In this document: positions 23,494 to 38,900 of the stretch, in pieces
How positions within the stretch are numbered: the first letter of the stretch is position 1
Layout of the letters: each line of letters opens with the position of its first letter
Assembly (NCBI GenBank): GCA_965153455.1
Contig: OZ234493.1
Location: forward strand, 19,024,213-19,088,212
From: Sphagnum compactum
Taxonomy: Eukaryota
DNA length: 64,000 bases
Direction of reading: 5' to 3'
Translations under genes and position numbers: made by a program
Notes under the pieces: model-generated
Seen by the model: the letters and a program-made list of their open reading frames with translations, nothing else
What the model was told of the DNA's origin: nothing
Database searches by the model: none

Positions 23494-26400
23494 TATTTAA
23501 TACACTAATGCACTTATTGTTTGATTTCAAACGTCCTAAATTAAAATCAAAACCTAAAATTGAATTAAATGGATCTTTAGTATGACTATTTTAAACATCT
23601 ATATGAGTCATTTAACAAAAAATTTCATTATTACCGTGATTTTAAAATGACAAAACATAAATTAATCTATGAAAGTGTTTGATTGAAGGCATTATCAAAA
23701 TTGGGCTTGCACTAAATTACCTCCTCCCATGGGCCCTTTATTTTGATAATGCTTTCAATCAAGGGCTTCACCTTACATGCAAGTACTTACTTATCCAACC
23801 TAGGTGTATTCAAAACTTGGTAGGTTTTTTAAAAAGAAAAGATTTAAAAAAAAAATCTATCTCATGTTTTAAATAGGATACTCATGTAATATTAATTTTT
23901 TCATTGGTTTTTGTATGTAGTTATAAAAGTCTTTTAAAACTTTTTCAAATCTTTAATTTGATTTTATATTATAAATCTTTGATTACAAATTTCGTCTATA
24001 ACCCACCACTTTTTATAATCAAAGATTAAACCTCATAAAAAAAATACATTTCCAATCAATTTTCCAAATTTTCCAATGATATAAAACATTTATTATTATT
24101 ATTATTCCTGCTAAAAAATGGTCTATTGTTTGAAAATTTTCAGATGTAGGCACAATATTGAATTAATGTTCAACAACACACAAGATTATACAATTTTTTT
24201 TATAGTTCCTTTTTGTGACAACCTTTCATTTTTTTTCATAGTCTCATTTAATGCAAAAGAATTGGTTCTCAAATTTTTTAAAAAATTCAATATTACAATA
24301 AAAAAATTGATGATTTGAAAACAAATGTATATCATAACTAAAACATTATGTGATATAAGAAAATGAAGAAAATGATAATCTACGAAACTTTAATGTTTTA
24401 AACTTACATTCAAATTCTTGGATTATGTGAGAAGAATAGGAAGATTTGTTTTATTAAACTAAACTAATTAAAATAAATAATTCTAAAACAACATATCATG
24501 TAAAACTAACATCAAATAATCAAGACAAGGGCGATTCAAACATTGTTTTGATGAAAGTGAAAGTTGGGATGACCACACTATTGTGACATGGGATTATGAA
24601 GGAGAAGATGTTATATATTTGTCAAACAAGGAAAAAAAAAAAATCACAAGAAGGAACATATTTGTTGACTTTTGTTGCATCAAAGAATCATCGGTTAAGT
24701 TTTTTTATTTTCACAAAAAAAATATTTTCATCACCATTTTAAGCCTTCATCTTTGATGGACCAACTTTGTGATCCATTTGATATAACATTTACCAACAAT
24801 CATATAACTCAAATTTAATGAAAAAATTCAAGTAACATTTGTGGGCAAGTGTGGATGTTTTTGACCCCTAAAGGCTCTATGACAACCATTCAATGAATGC
24901 ATTACGTAACGTACTCAACTCACAATGGGAATAGTTCATTGCAAGTCATGGTTACAACGGTTGTCCATAATAATCCTCTATCAAGATGGTTCTAATAATA
25001 AACAACTATTGTTATCTTCTTATCGGTAAGATGTCTAATGAAAGTCCCTTGTGAATATCATTAGACATCCTAACAAGATCTTGTTGGATTTTGTTTTCCC
25101 CAAACTTTGAATTCATTGCCATGACTAAGTAATTCAAATTTCAAATGTAGTAGTTCCGATAAATCATCCCCACACCCAAGAGATTCTCACACAAACCCCA
25201 GATTTTATCACACTTCAGTACATCATTGCAAATCTTTGTGTAGGGGCAATGACAGAAAAATTGCTAGCAGTTCAAAGATGGTCTGTATGGATTGAATGCA
25301 GCAGGGAGCTCAAATTTTAAAAGGGTTGAAATGCCTGAAATCAACCAATTTTGACAAGTACTAAGGTTGTTTTCCTTTCCTTCCTTCTTTCTTATGTTTT
25401 CTTGCATATAAAGTGTTTGCGAAAAGCTTACATCCAAGCTCTTTCTACTACACTTGTTCATACACACATTCTTCTTACAAGCAAAGCTTCTTTCTCTCAA
25501 GCAAAACGCACTAGTGGCCATACTAATCATATCAATGGAAGTCATAATCGAAAACTAGTTGCAAATGTATTCCATAATGGGGTGATGGAGGTGTGGACAC
25601 GTGGCATAATCACATCTATGTACATTGTACATTAGTTGCAACATAATTGTTACTTTAGTGATAATTACCACATGCAATTACAATGCAAATCTTTAAAAAG
25701 TCAAATATGGTTGATTACATATGTATGTACAATGAGTATAAATTATCATATAAAAGATTCATTTTCTACTCACTTACGACTCTAATACAACTAACTGATT
25801 TTCTAACGTGTCAATTTATTTATTAATAAATACACTATATTTCTAAGAAGATAGTTTACCAACAAATAGGCTAAAACTAGATGTTGCAAACACACATTGG
25901 TATTAAGGAACTTAAATACAATTTGTGATGCTTGCTTGATCTTACATAATCCATTGGCCAACTAACATTGAGAAGACATTATCAGCCCATTCTCCCCAAC
26001 CTCCTTCAAGGAGAGCCCAATATATTGCAAGTTGTTTCTTGAAATCATTAATAAAGTCACTCAACCAATCATACTTCCTCAATATATATGGAACTAAGCT
26101 AAACAATCCGGGTGGATGCTTGAAAGGAAGAGGTAACAATGTCTTCCATGAAAGAGGAATGTGTTCACGAGCCTCTGCCTCCACATGTTTCAAATACTGA
26201 CTTCGTGCATTTTCAAATTCCTCACCACTCCTGTGAATTAGGGACAATTTTTTTCACAAGAATCCTTTGTGTGTGGCAAAATCATATTATTCAGCTCATA
26301 AAAACTTCAAAAAATTCTCCAAAAACAAACACTGCATAAGAATTGGAGTGTAAATGAATTAGGAAAATTTGAAAAAAAAAACTGGCTTACTAGTCCTTAC

Positions 26401-26948
26401 TGACCTGAGAATGGGGCAACTCTTCAAACATAGAAATGTCTATGACTCAGATTTACAATGCACTCAATCAAGGCCCATCCATGGAGCATCGTCTAGGCAT
26501 ACCCCAAAACCTTCTCCTTCAAATTAACAGAGTGCTACAGTAGGCGATAAAGGAGTAGACAAATCTCAAATAGTTAGATATAAAGGCTTTTACCCTGTGT
26601 GCGTGCTCCAGAACTGGATTTCCATAGAGATTTGATGCACAAAAGCATCAAACTTAGATCATTGGAATCTAGACAAACTTCACCAAGTTAGAAACCACAC
26701 TCATCCTTGCCATACCCCTTGTGCCAAAGTCTGGTCAACAAAAATGAACTATCACTGCTTAGATGAAACAGTGTGGCTGCTAGCTCAGAAAGTGGAAAGA
26801 AACTTGGTGAGGTCAGAAAACACTCCATCATGTGTTGGTTATGATTCCAAATAGATATAACAATATCACATCAAAGGAAGTGGTCTGATGATTCCTAGCT
26901 AAAAAAATTGCTTGCTTCTAACAAAAGTCAGAAGCATCTCGGGATTTG

Positions 26949-29900
26949 CTACTGGCTGCCTTTGGATGCCTGTTCGCCTGTTTGCAAATCAGTTGTGGTT
27001 CCTTTCGTTCCAGAGGTTGGCTCAGCAAGTGGCTGGCCAACACCAGACCCTGCATCTGAAGCTTGGGGCACTTCCTGTGCAAGTCCTAGAAGCACAAGTG
27101 ATGACCTGATAAAAACACAAGTCAGTTTTCATTCTCAATCCAAAACTGCAACAAGTAAGCATCTGAGAAAGACACTAGATGCCAGCATGTGGTGGGTCAG
27201 TACTGAGAAACACATCAAAGTCTGTTCAAACACATGACCTCTCAAACTGGCACATCACTTTATTCATTGCTTATGCATAAAGTGGAATATGATGTTTTCT
27301 GCAGACCTCTGCAATGCTACCTGCTACACAAACATAGCTTCAGGGTATAGGGAAAGATGAGTAACCTCGGTACAGTGGGCCGGACTGCAGGTTGGTTAGC
27401 ATGAGTGGCAAGAAGTCCTTGCAATGTGGGGTATTCCTTTAGTGCATCTTCCAGCTGCGCAGTCGGTAGCTGCAACACTCAAAATGTTTGTCAGTGTTCA
27501 AGAATCCTTACCTAAGAACAACCATTAGCCCTCTTCCATTTCTCAAGTTGTCTTCTGACCTGTCAGCTGGCATATACCCATTAATAACTTTTCCCTCTTC
27601 CTTCTCCTTTATCCAATCTCCTGGTCATGAGAACCAGCTGTAAGAGCTAAAAATTCCAAGTCATCATTAGCATCAGAATGTCATGCACATTCTCACCCTC
27701 TTAGTTGGTTCATATGACAATCTGTGCAGGACAATACAGTTACTATTCATCTATCCACCTTTTAGTGAGTGTATTAATGTTTAACTGATTCTGCCTCACT
27801 GAAAACTGCACAAGTAAATCTGAAAACTAAATGTTTCACCCTTGCCACCAATTGCCCACCTAAGCTTACATCAATAACCCTCCCTGTATCAAAAAAACTC
27901 AGTGCATAACATTGTAACAATTGCAGGGTCACCTCAATAACACATTGAAAACATGCCAGTATCTTAGAACCAGGATGCTCAAATGTCAATGCACCTGCAA
28001 TAAGACATGGAAAGAGTGGGGAACTGTTTGGTGTGCACACTTCAGAAAACCCATCCACAGCTTTGGTAGTTTCCAAATCTGCACATGCACAAGCAGGTAC
28101 AGAAACAGAAATGGCTTCCCATACATCAGAAACCATTGTAGTCAGCTAACTTCAAACAACAAAACCTGCACCAGGTCCAAACAAAACACTTCTGAACTCT
28201 ACTCCTACCCAGGTCCTGCCATAGACTCAGCATGCCCACCCTTCATGGGTAAGAACTTTCTGATAAGGACAGCTCCAAGAAAAACAAGCAGTGTCCAACC
28301 ACTTATTGAAGCTACCAAATGAAATAGAGAGGATACAGTGCAACCTCATCCCATACCTGTTTGTTCACAAGACGAGAGAGAATCTCCATTACAAAGCTCA
28401 CCTGCATCAAAAGAAGAGAAATCCTCTAAGATTCACCATTCCCTATATACTGAAATGGACCATACATAATATATTTCTTGCTGTGCCCAAAAACCCACAT
28501 CTGGTCTGGCCACTCTTTGGACCAGGAACTTCCTGAAAATTCTCTCATAAGGACCCAGTTCAAATTGTGATGCTTGTAACTACAGCAAACAAACCCTGTA
28601 TAGAGCAATGAACACAGCTGCTGTAGATATTCTGGCAACATTTTTCTGCCATCAGGAAAAGGGAGAGGAACAGACCAATGTAGGAAATGCGCCAACAGCT
28701 TGGATAACCGTTCGCATAAAGAGAAGAGGAAGAGGGGTCTGTTCTACCTGTGTGCCACATCAGATCACAAAAAACCCAGATCGTCACTCCAAATGTATCT
28801 TCATAAGTAGTGAATCCATTCTTATGATTTTAAGCCAACCTAAATGGAACTGAGAGATGACCCAATAAAAAGGTTAAAGATATTTCAGGTTCAACAACAT
28901 AACAAAAACAGATCAGTGAGCATCAAAAAGCTTGATGAAGTTTCAGAGAAATCTCCACAACAACAATTAGGTAAACACGACAATGAGTGCAGTCATAACC
29001 TCATGAGAGTCGCTCACAAAGTGACAGACCATCACCTTCATCACGAACGGCAGTGACAAGCTGCCATGACTACCCACTGAGTTCATCAGCTCCCAACAGT
29101 GAGTGTAGATAAGCATATAATAATCTTCCCAAAAACTTGGGCAAACCATTATACACAATCTGCATCCTGAGTTTCTGTTGCCTTTCCGGAAGCAATGGGA
29201 AGACTCAGACGCGATGTTGGCTAGCACTCAAGAGACATCAAAAAGAGGAAACCAACCCCAAACAAAGGATGAAAAAGTAAAACTGAATGGGAAAAATCCA
29301 GACAAGAACAGAGGAAGAAATGAGAGAACCAACATGGAGAACTTTCAGAGCAAGAATACAGTGGACCTTCTTCCTGTCTTTCTCTATCAAAGACGAGAAG
29401 AACACTGCCAACTTTGCCAAATAAGCATGACTGAATGTTGTCAGTTTCAAAAGTGAACTCTCAAATGCACATTCAAGATACCCAATAATGCAAAACTTGA
29501 TGCAGACCAGAGTTCCATTGAGACTCTTTTGACTACCCAGACATCAGACACATGTGCATGACCATACCAGTTGATTCAAAACCTTTGCCAAAACCTGCTG
29601 TGTGAACACAGTTCGCTGCTGAAGACAAGCTGAGCATGCATCCATCACCTGCTCACCCATCCCCAACCAAGTCTCCATAATCTTCACCTGTTCTAGAATA
29701 TGATATAGCTTTCCGAAAACAGTATGGAAACCAACATAAGCAATCAAGGAGAAAATGAGTATTTATAGAACTGACCTTCTTCAGTGAAACGGAGTCACGG
29801 TGAGGGTCAATCCCATGCAGAGCAATTAAAACTTCAGCTGGTGTTAAAGCGGGACCAGTATGTGCCGAGCCCTTCACAAATTGAAGCCATCCCACATCAC

Positions 29901-32900
29901 ACTTTTGATATCATCTCTGTTTGGGTCTCTACATAAAACACATACGGTCGTGCCATGTTGACTTGCAGGGGACCTTATGCCAAGAAAAGACAAATACTAT
30001 AGTAACTCATAGTCACCAAGGAATTCACATAGTCTCCATTTACTAACTGCTATAAGAAGGTTGTGCAAAAGTTATAGCTCACACATTACATATCAAAATG
30101 GGCATTTGACACATCTATGAGATTGCAGAGAAATTTCCACAATGACACGTTGGATGTACCATTCTGTCAGTACTGGGAAAAGAAGATGGAACATGGCAAG
30201 AACCAGTGTGGGCTTAAATGGTCCATTAATTGTATATGCTCAATAACAAATTCATGTCCTTTCATCTAAATGCTTCAATCGATTTTCAGATCACATGAAT
30301 GGAAGCAACATCGCAAACAAGCCTCTACTATTTCCTCACAATGCAGAGAGAGCATTGCATGTCATGGGTGCTGTTACACCTTGATGAAAAGGTTCTAAAT
30401 ACCTGTAAAATACGGGCAAGGGCTGCCTGGAATTTATCAGGAGGAAGATCCACCAACCGTGGAAAAACTGGCAACACCTGCACAAACCACACCCTTGCGT
30501 TGTGAAGTCCAAAGACAGACGAATTGAAAGATGCATGTCCAACAAATAAAACAACTCTACATTGCCTTGATTGAGGAGCTGGGAGCAGAAGTGCGACCTC
30601 ATCTTTTGACAATGAGGAAAGCACAGGTATAAGAAAGCCAGCATCCTGTCAGGCACCATCAACAGATAAAGGACCCCAGTTAACTGAAACAAGTTCAAAT
30701 GCATTGTCCCTTGCCTCAGGGATTATAACCAAGCTACATTGAGCCTTACATCTGCCAACTGCAAACACTACTTTCTAGGGAAAACATGATGGCTGAAGTG
30801 AGAGCAGATCCATCCAGTTGTTTTTTAGGCATCAAATATCCACAGTGCACTGTAAGTAGTGGTTGAAATACCTGGAGTTTAGTTTCATAGAGCTTCTTCA
30901 CTGTGGTGATCAGTTCTGCTGAGGGTTCAGTTCCCTCTGTCAAACTATGGAGGACCTGCAAACATTTACTTGCAAATTTTGGTCAACATATCTATTGCTA
31001 GAACACACAATCCTGCCCTGCACCTATACTACCAAATAACAATAGTTTACATGATGCAGTTTCTGTTGGAGCATAGTAGTGACTCAAATCTATGGAAGAA
31101 ATTCAAGAAAATTGAAAGATAAACTTCTGGAAAATATGATCCTGAGAAAACACACTGTCAGCAAAATATCCATACTCCTTTCATACCTCAGCAACCTGCA
31201 TAACTTTAAGAATTAGGAGAAAGGATATAGAAGCCTACCAGCAAGAGAAGATTCTCACTGCCAACTGGCGGATCAGCAATAAGCTGCAGGAGCTCTGGTG
31301 ATGATGAGCCAATTGTGCGGAAGAGAATAGGAATGTGTCGATGAACTGCCTGTTGCAACAACAGTTCTCCACATTTCAGCACAGGAAGTAAGAGGGTCAA
31401 ACACCAAGAAATAAGCTTTTGTCCCCTGAGAACCCTATGGATGCACAAACTATAAAGAAGATTTACCATCTATAAAACCAAGAATGCAGAGATCAAAACA
31501 GAAGTTCAAGGCACCTGAAAAGAACATACCTGCTTTACAGCCTTAGAAGCACGGCCATATACCTCAAATAGTTGTTGTAAAAGTGCATGCTTCTGCAGAG
31601 CACCATCCAAAGCAAATTTTATCAGGACCACCTGAGAAATTATTCAATTTGCTGACAAACTAGAGGCAACACAACCCAACTTGCCTGTCCTTGCCACTAC
31701 AGTGATCATCTAGTGGAATGATGTATTTCTGCATGTATCAGCATATGATTTCTCATGACTTGCACTCAAATTATATTACAATAGCAAGTACTATCTTGTG
31801 CAAGCACACATTACAAATTTCCCTTGTAATGTAAGTCTGTACATCTACTTTCAGCAATGGTGATATGTTTAAGGGACCAAGTCAAAAATATCATCCAAAA
31901 CATATGAAAGTGCTGCTTGACATACACACCTTTGTACAAAGGGCAAAGAAAAGAGACATGCAGCGCTGAGCATCAGAAATTGATAATACTGGACTGCTTT
32001 TAGCAATGTTCTGTTGACTCTCATCTTTTACCACAGCTATATCCATTGGTGCTAGTCCATTCCCTGACTGTTGGTCACCATTTGCCCCTTGCGTGGCCTT
32101 AATACTATCTACGTCCATTGAATCCCCTTGTCCTGTATCTGTCTGTTTAAGATCCACTACTGCAAGGAGACTCTGTACTGCAAATTCTTCAATGGTCTGA
32201 GCTACATAGGTAAGTGGGTACAGCTTATTTGCAACCTACACAGAACCAACAGAAATGCACAAAAACCACCAGGTCATACAATACACTACAACAACAGATC
32301 CTCAAAGAATACAAAACAAAATCATGGAGACCACAAGATACTACTAGATCAGAACACAGAAATTGGCAACAATTTGTGTGTAAGTGTTGAAAATGCAGTA
32401 CCAAGCGAATTGCCTTAGCTCGTACATCATCAGACTCATGAACTGTACACTGCAAACACAAGCATTTGTCATCAGCATAATACATCTCCAGTCCAGAGAC
32501 ATAATTTGAGGTTGTCTGCTTCATCAAACTGTGTGCAGCTGCAGGATCTGTAATGAGACACACTCTTCCTGCAGCACCTTCATGGGCATCCAAAGGTCTC
32601 GAACAACATGCCTCACAGCTCAATGAAAAGGACGCTTGACTAGAAGGTGCCTGTTTGAACATTAGTATAGGTCTGATGTGCAATATCAACACCTGCATAC
32701 ATCAAATGATTTTGGGGTGTACCTTAAGTGCCATCTTTAGACAGGTGCCACGTGTGGGAGGCCGCTGCAAAATGAGACTCCAAAGAGCACTAAGCCCTTG
32801 TGTAATTCGGTCACCGGTTGGTACTTCTCCCCCACCTTCTGGATTGCAAAGATCTTCAACCAGCTTCAATGAAGTCAATGGCAGTAGAGGAGCATCTCCC

Positions 32901-35900
32901 AAAAGCCGACTGAGAGACTTATCTGAAGAGGGTAGTGAATCTCTCAATCCTTGCGCCTGCAATGTACAATGAGCAAAGAGAAATATCCATGGGACAGTTC
33001 AAACACATAAAGAAAATGATGCAGGTGGCAGGTTAAATGTCACATGTTCATACTAGAAACACACTCTAACACAGCCATTTGGTATAAAGGACACACCACT
33101 GACAAAAGAAAACGGTCATAAGCCACTCTGGTTGATGCTGCAATCTCTGAGGAATTGCTAGCTTGTTCTGCATACAGCTGATACAGCACATGCAATGCCA
33201 CCTCATGCCCCTGCTTCATCACAACATATTTGCAGTTAGCCACTTGCCCATATGTGCATTCCCATTATACATTTTCCACGAAATCTCCTGTAATATTGCA
33301 TTCCAAAAGTCATATAACCAAGCAGCAGGCTGATTACCAAGAAATAAGATATGGATCATCCATCTTATACTATTCTTCAAGTACAAGAACAGCTGCAGTT
33401 GTACCTTGTGGCTCTGATAATCTGCAAGAATGTGTTTCTGAAGAGCTTCTAATGCCTCCACATCATCACATGACTGTCATCCAACATCAGACAACTGTCA
33501 TATTGGAGGACAAATTGCTACAAGCCTTGACATCCAGCTTCAAAGCATGTATCTGCCAGGATATTCCCTAATATGAGAAACAGAAAACCTGTAAATAGGA
33601 GGTAAAACTCTGCCTGCAGATAGAGAGAATGATCTCAAACTCAACAAATAGAGGCACAGGGAGAGGAAGGGAGATTGCCTGAGTGACCAAGCGAGCTAGC
33701 AATGCAACACGCAGATCTCCACCTCCTGCAGCAGCAATAGTCTTATGACATTCCAGTATTCGCACTAATGCAGCTTTACTCAACGATGTTTGCTGTTCCT
33801 CGGTTAGTGGCACAAAAGGAATTGGCTGGATAGGAGCTGCAACTGGGATGCCTGCAGATGAGGCTAATGATCAGAAATGCCCACACATATTTCAAACCAT
33901 TTCAAGACCTCAGAATCCAACACAGACAGTGGGTGCAGACTTTCCACAACAATCACTACCCCAAAGCACAGAGCAATTAGATTCCACAAGGTGTTTATCA
34001 AATGTACAGATAGTGGGTGCAGTGTCAAAGATAAAGTTTGAGTAACCTTGCGGTGCTATGCCTGATGCTCCATGTTGAGGTCCAGAAGACAACAATGGGG
34101 CTGCAGTAGAGAACGAAGTGGTGGGTTCTGATTTCATGGGAATTCCAGGACCAGAGAAGCCAGGTTCCATTAAAGAATCAGGTGGTGATAGAGGAGGAGT
34201 TGACACAAGAGGCCCTGATTCTTCTACTGGCTCCTGCTTTACTTGTACAGCTGGCAAGACAGCAGGTTGACTGATTGAATGTTGCTGCAGGGCTGATCTT
34301 GGGTCTCTGTTGTTCATAGACAAGGAACCTGCTGCTCCTTCAATCTTCACAGTAACTGTCACTGTTTCAGTTGTTGCATTTGACACCCCAGCCACTTCCA
34401 CTGCCTCCAGCTTTGGTGTTAAGAGAGCCATAGGAGCCTCTGTAGCAGCAACACGCCATGGGTCCATTCGCCGTGGATCCTGGAAACCAAGAGTTGTTCC
34501 TTATCCAATATGTCAAGATTCTGAAGTACATACAAGATTGAGAAGGACTAAGCTACACAAAATGTTGTGTCCTGCAACCTGTCAACTCATGCCTAAGGGT
34601 TGACATATGGCAGGCCAAAGGACATGTAAAACCCTAAACTGATCAGTGGCAACACTAAATGAGTCCTGCATACAAACATTAAAGTTAAAGACTCCCATAG
34701 AATTTAAGGCCACAGAAATAGAAGACACAGCATAAAGACATCACGAAGAACATCATGTTCAGGGAAGCCTAAAAGTTCATATGTGCTTAGCATTAGAAAA
34801 CTGCCTGTCCTCCTCAATATACAACTGTGCAGCTGAAACCACAGTAGAACAAGAGCTGTTTACACAATGCAATCAGCCCCACCAACCAGCCTTGCATATA
34901 TATTCTCTGGCACTCAAACAGGGTCTTCTAGATTGAACAAAATGGCTCATACCTGGGTTTCCACTTTTATAAAAAGCAAGCTAGGAGGCTAAATTGCATT
35001 GATAGCTACTGAGTGGAAGGTGCCAAACATGATGTGCAAAAACAGGTAAAAGGCTCACACATGAAACATAAATAGATTACATTGTTCCCACATCACACAA
35101 GGTATGTCCACAGGTGACAGAAATTTGTTTATTATTATGGATGTGAAACACAGACCAAAATTTGCTAACAGGCAAGAAAATGTCACCTTGAACCTACACA
35201 TCAGATCTAAACCCGGCTGATCTTCACCTTCCAACACCTAACCAAGGACCTAACCCAGCCATGTTCTCTATGTGCACTCTTTATTACTGGACAAACTGTT
35301 TTTGGGCCCAACATGACAGGGAACTTCCTTAGCAGTTTTACCAAAACCACCACCTTGGCTGTCAATGTGGCACAAAAGCTGAAAAAGCTCAACACCAAGC
35401 TTCATCCAAGGCCAACTCCAAGGGTCCAACACAATTCTGAAATAGATTGTGGCCAGATACATCATGTCTATTTGAGACACCACATATTAGTGCCAGATGG
35501 TGAGACTGTTGACTGAATTACCATGGAAACAGAATCACTACACCCCAGCTTAGAATCACAACATCAAATCCATGTGACCTCGGACTTGAAAAACAGGGAT
35601 AAATCTCAGAACTCTCATGTCAGCAGGGGAGAAACATGTCAAAAAATTTCTGCCCATATGTACAATTGAAAACAAGCAACAGGCCTGTGCAGCACAAGAG
35701 CAGTTACAGCCATTTTTGTCATTCCATCCTGTTCATTTTTCTGCCAAAATTAACCTCAGTTCCAAGATCAAACCTTTGTGGCTTCAGAAATTGCACAATT
35801 TTTGTAAAAGTTAAGAAGAATAACCTTACCCTGCGTGGATCTCGAGTAACTTCTGCAGGTTGAGGCTGAGGTGGAAAGGAGGGAACAATTGTCTCTGCAG

Positions 35901-38900
35901 CTGCAACAGATTTTGGAGGCAGCGGAACACTCTGTGGTGTGCTGGAAGACAGAAGACACGCCAAACCCCCACTCACACCAGGGCCAACCCCTGGTGGAAG
36001 AGGAGGGGCAGTACTGGGCAAATGCTGCATGTTTACAATCACAAGCTCTGCAAGCATATCAGGTGTCAAGCTGGAGATCAAGATTTCAACTGAAGCTGTC
36101 CCTCTCTCTCCTTGAGCTATCAAGGCACCAAAATATGCCAGCAGAGGTGCTAGGTTGTTGTCTGAGACTACACCACCATTTGCAAGGCTGGATCCTGCAA
36201 CATTTGAAGAGACAGAAGCCATTTCCAGCTGTACATTATCTGTTATTGGAGTCAGCCGCATACGTTTACGAATGCTTTCCTCTGTCTCCACCAGTTGGTT
36301 TCCATTTTCTTCAGCAATTGGTCTTTTTTGGAGAGGTCTTTCTTCCACAAGGGCTAATGCAGGTAATGGTGGTGTTGATACCTGTGGCAACCTCTCATCC
36401 TACATTGACCAAGCAAGTAAGTTAAGCCAGGCACAACTGGCACAGTGCTCCACAAAGCTCAGATCACCCTTTGGATTACAGTTCACTCACATCTGGCTAT
36501 ACTACCCAATGGAACTGCTATCCACCTTGGAAGAGTGTTGACTCAAAATGCTGGGATTGTTGATTAAAGTTCGGTTATAATAATCACTAACCTTGACAAG
36601 CCGCGGATCCTTGGAAGCACGATCTCGTTCTGCTCGCTGTGCCCTATCTATTTGCCTGAGTGCTTGATCTGCCAAATCCCCAGCATTCATAGACTGCAAT
36701 GCTTTTATCAAGCGGTCTTGCCACTGCAAAACCAAAGAAAAAATTGTCAGATTGATTCCAGTTCTGGAGATTCAGAAAATCTGAGAACACCCAACTACCT
36801 GCACTACATACATACAGAAATGAAAACAGATACTACAGGTACAACTATATGCATCTGTTGGAACTATGCTTAGCCACATGACTGAAACCTGCTCCAGATC
36901 ACTCAAGACTTTGCATCTGCAGATGCCTGTTAGTCATACACCCTGTCATCAGGACTAAAAGCAATTTAGATTAATGCCCCAACCTCTAGGTACAATCCAT
37001 CCCACATGGGACCTCAACTATGTCCTGATACTACCCTACAACAGACAGAATCATACCGGTAAAGCTGCAGGTTGTGAACACTTGAGAAGAGATAGAAACG
37101 CAGTTTTGAGAGCATGAATCACACTGGCCACCTGGCCTCCCTTGATGGGTTCACAATCTGGCGCTAGTGACAGCAATACTGGAAGAATCCGGCCAAACAT
37201 GGAAGGTCTTCGCTTTGCTATACCTGCTAAACTGTCAAGCAAACCAGAGAACAAAGTCAATAGTGTACACACAGAGGGTGATGGAGTCACAGAGAAACAA
37301 AGAAAGACACAACAACCAATTCCATGCTCCAGGCAGTGTCATACAAATGAGTAACAGCAAAGGTCAGTCTAACAGAGGTTAACCATAAGAAAGTCCCTTG
37401 AATAGCTCTCTCCAGATGAGATTCAAGGGATGTTGAAGAAGCCTGTCAGGCTTACATACCTGTTTACGAGTACAATGGCAACAGGACCAGGAAGGACTGA
37501 GGATTCTGGTGCCCGAAGTTGATTGAGCAGAAGCCCAAGGTTTTTACTGGCTTCTTGCCCCAGAGCATTTGCATCCAACAATGGGTGCCCACCAGCTATC
37601 CATGCAATGTTGAAGCCCTTTGCAACACCTGGCAGGCAGGAGACTAGTCAAAGACTGATGAAATTGTGTGAAGTACAACAAAAGACTGTTGAACTCCACA
37701 TTACCAGTGAGTGCTGAAAGTAGCAGCTATGTCTCACCATTAGAATTTTGTTGATTTGGTGGAGGTTGAGATGATCCACTGGGATCAGGTGTGAAGAGCA
37801 GGACGGTAGTCTCAACAAACTTCACTGCCAGCAACCTTACTCCATCATTTCCATGCTGTAGTTGAATCCCCAAAGGTTAAAGTGTCAAATATTGCAAGAT
37901 CAGTGCCACCCTATGAAGCTGCTGTCTCAGAAATAAGGCCAATCCCATTCCCCAGATAGAAATTGTTCCCCAGATAGATTCCTTGCCATTGTCAAGAAAG
38001 TGTTGACTATGCAGCTGGACAAAATGAGCATTCAACTGCGAGAGAGAGATACAGAGAGAGTATCCAGCTCTAGGCCTTAGGATCCAGATCCCAGAACAAA
38101 GATTGATAGAGATTGGTGGGAGAGAAAGAGAGAGAGTTTTCTGCAAGTACAAAATCAGGAAAGAAGCAGTCCAACCATACAACCATTCTAAACACCAAGT
38201 ACAGACGTGTGACACAGGCTCACAAGAAAGCATTGACTAAATAAAGAAGTTCAGTAGCATAATATTTGCCACATGAATTAAGTAACTACAGAAGTAGGAA
38301 CACTACCCACTGAATACCTGAAAAGCAGCAGGGTAGACAGCATTCTTGAAATGGGTCACCCAATTCCAGGCATCAACTAGCTGCTTCTCCACGTGACCAG
38401 TATATATGCCCTGTGCTACACCAAAGTGTGGTAAGAAAGACATACTGTGGCCCTAAACAAGGTATATGTGCTATTTCTGTAGTACATCACAAGCAATAGC
38501 CCTGATACCAATAAACCTTAATCCTCCACAACTTTCTGAACTATCTGAAGCTACTGTTGTCGTGGTACCACCCTGCTCATATAGTGAGCTGCATAAAACA
38601 AGCCACCTGCTGGAACTGCAACCTGACCAGGATAGACAATGATATGACCAAAAGAAAGCTGGAAGGTCAAAGACCCAGAAAAGTGTAGGCAAACAAGAAT
38701 TGACCAAGGTGAAACACACCAAGTTTCTCAAAGAGCTCACTCAGGATACTGGAGTAATGTACCTGTGATGCAACTTGTTCAAGAGTGGTGCGAAAGATGT
38801 TGCTGCCACTGGTTATTGCCCGTCGAGCAACTGCAGGCGTGGAATCCCGCAACAGAGCAAGTAGCACTGGCACCATAGTAGAGATATGTGCAACATGTCG

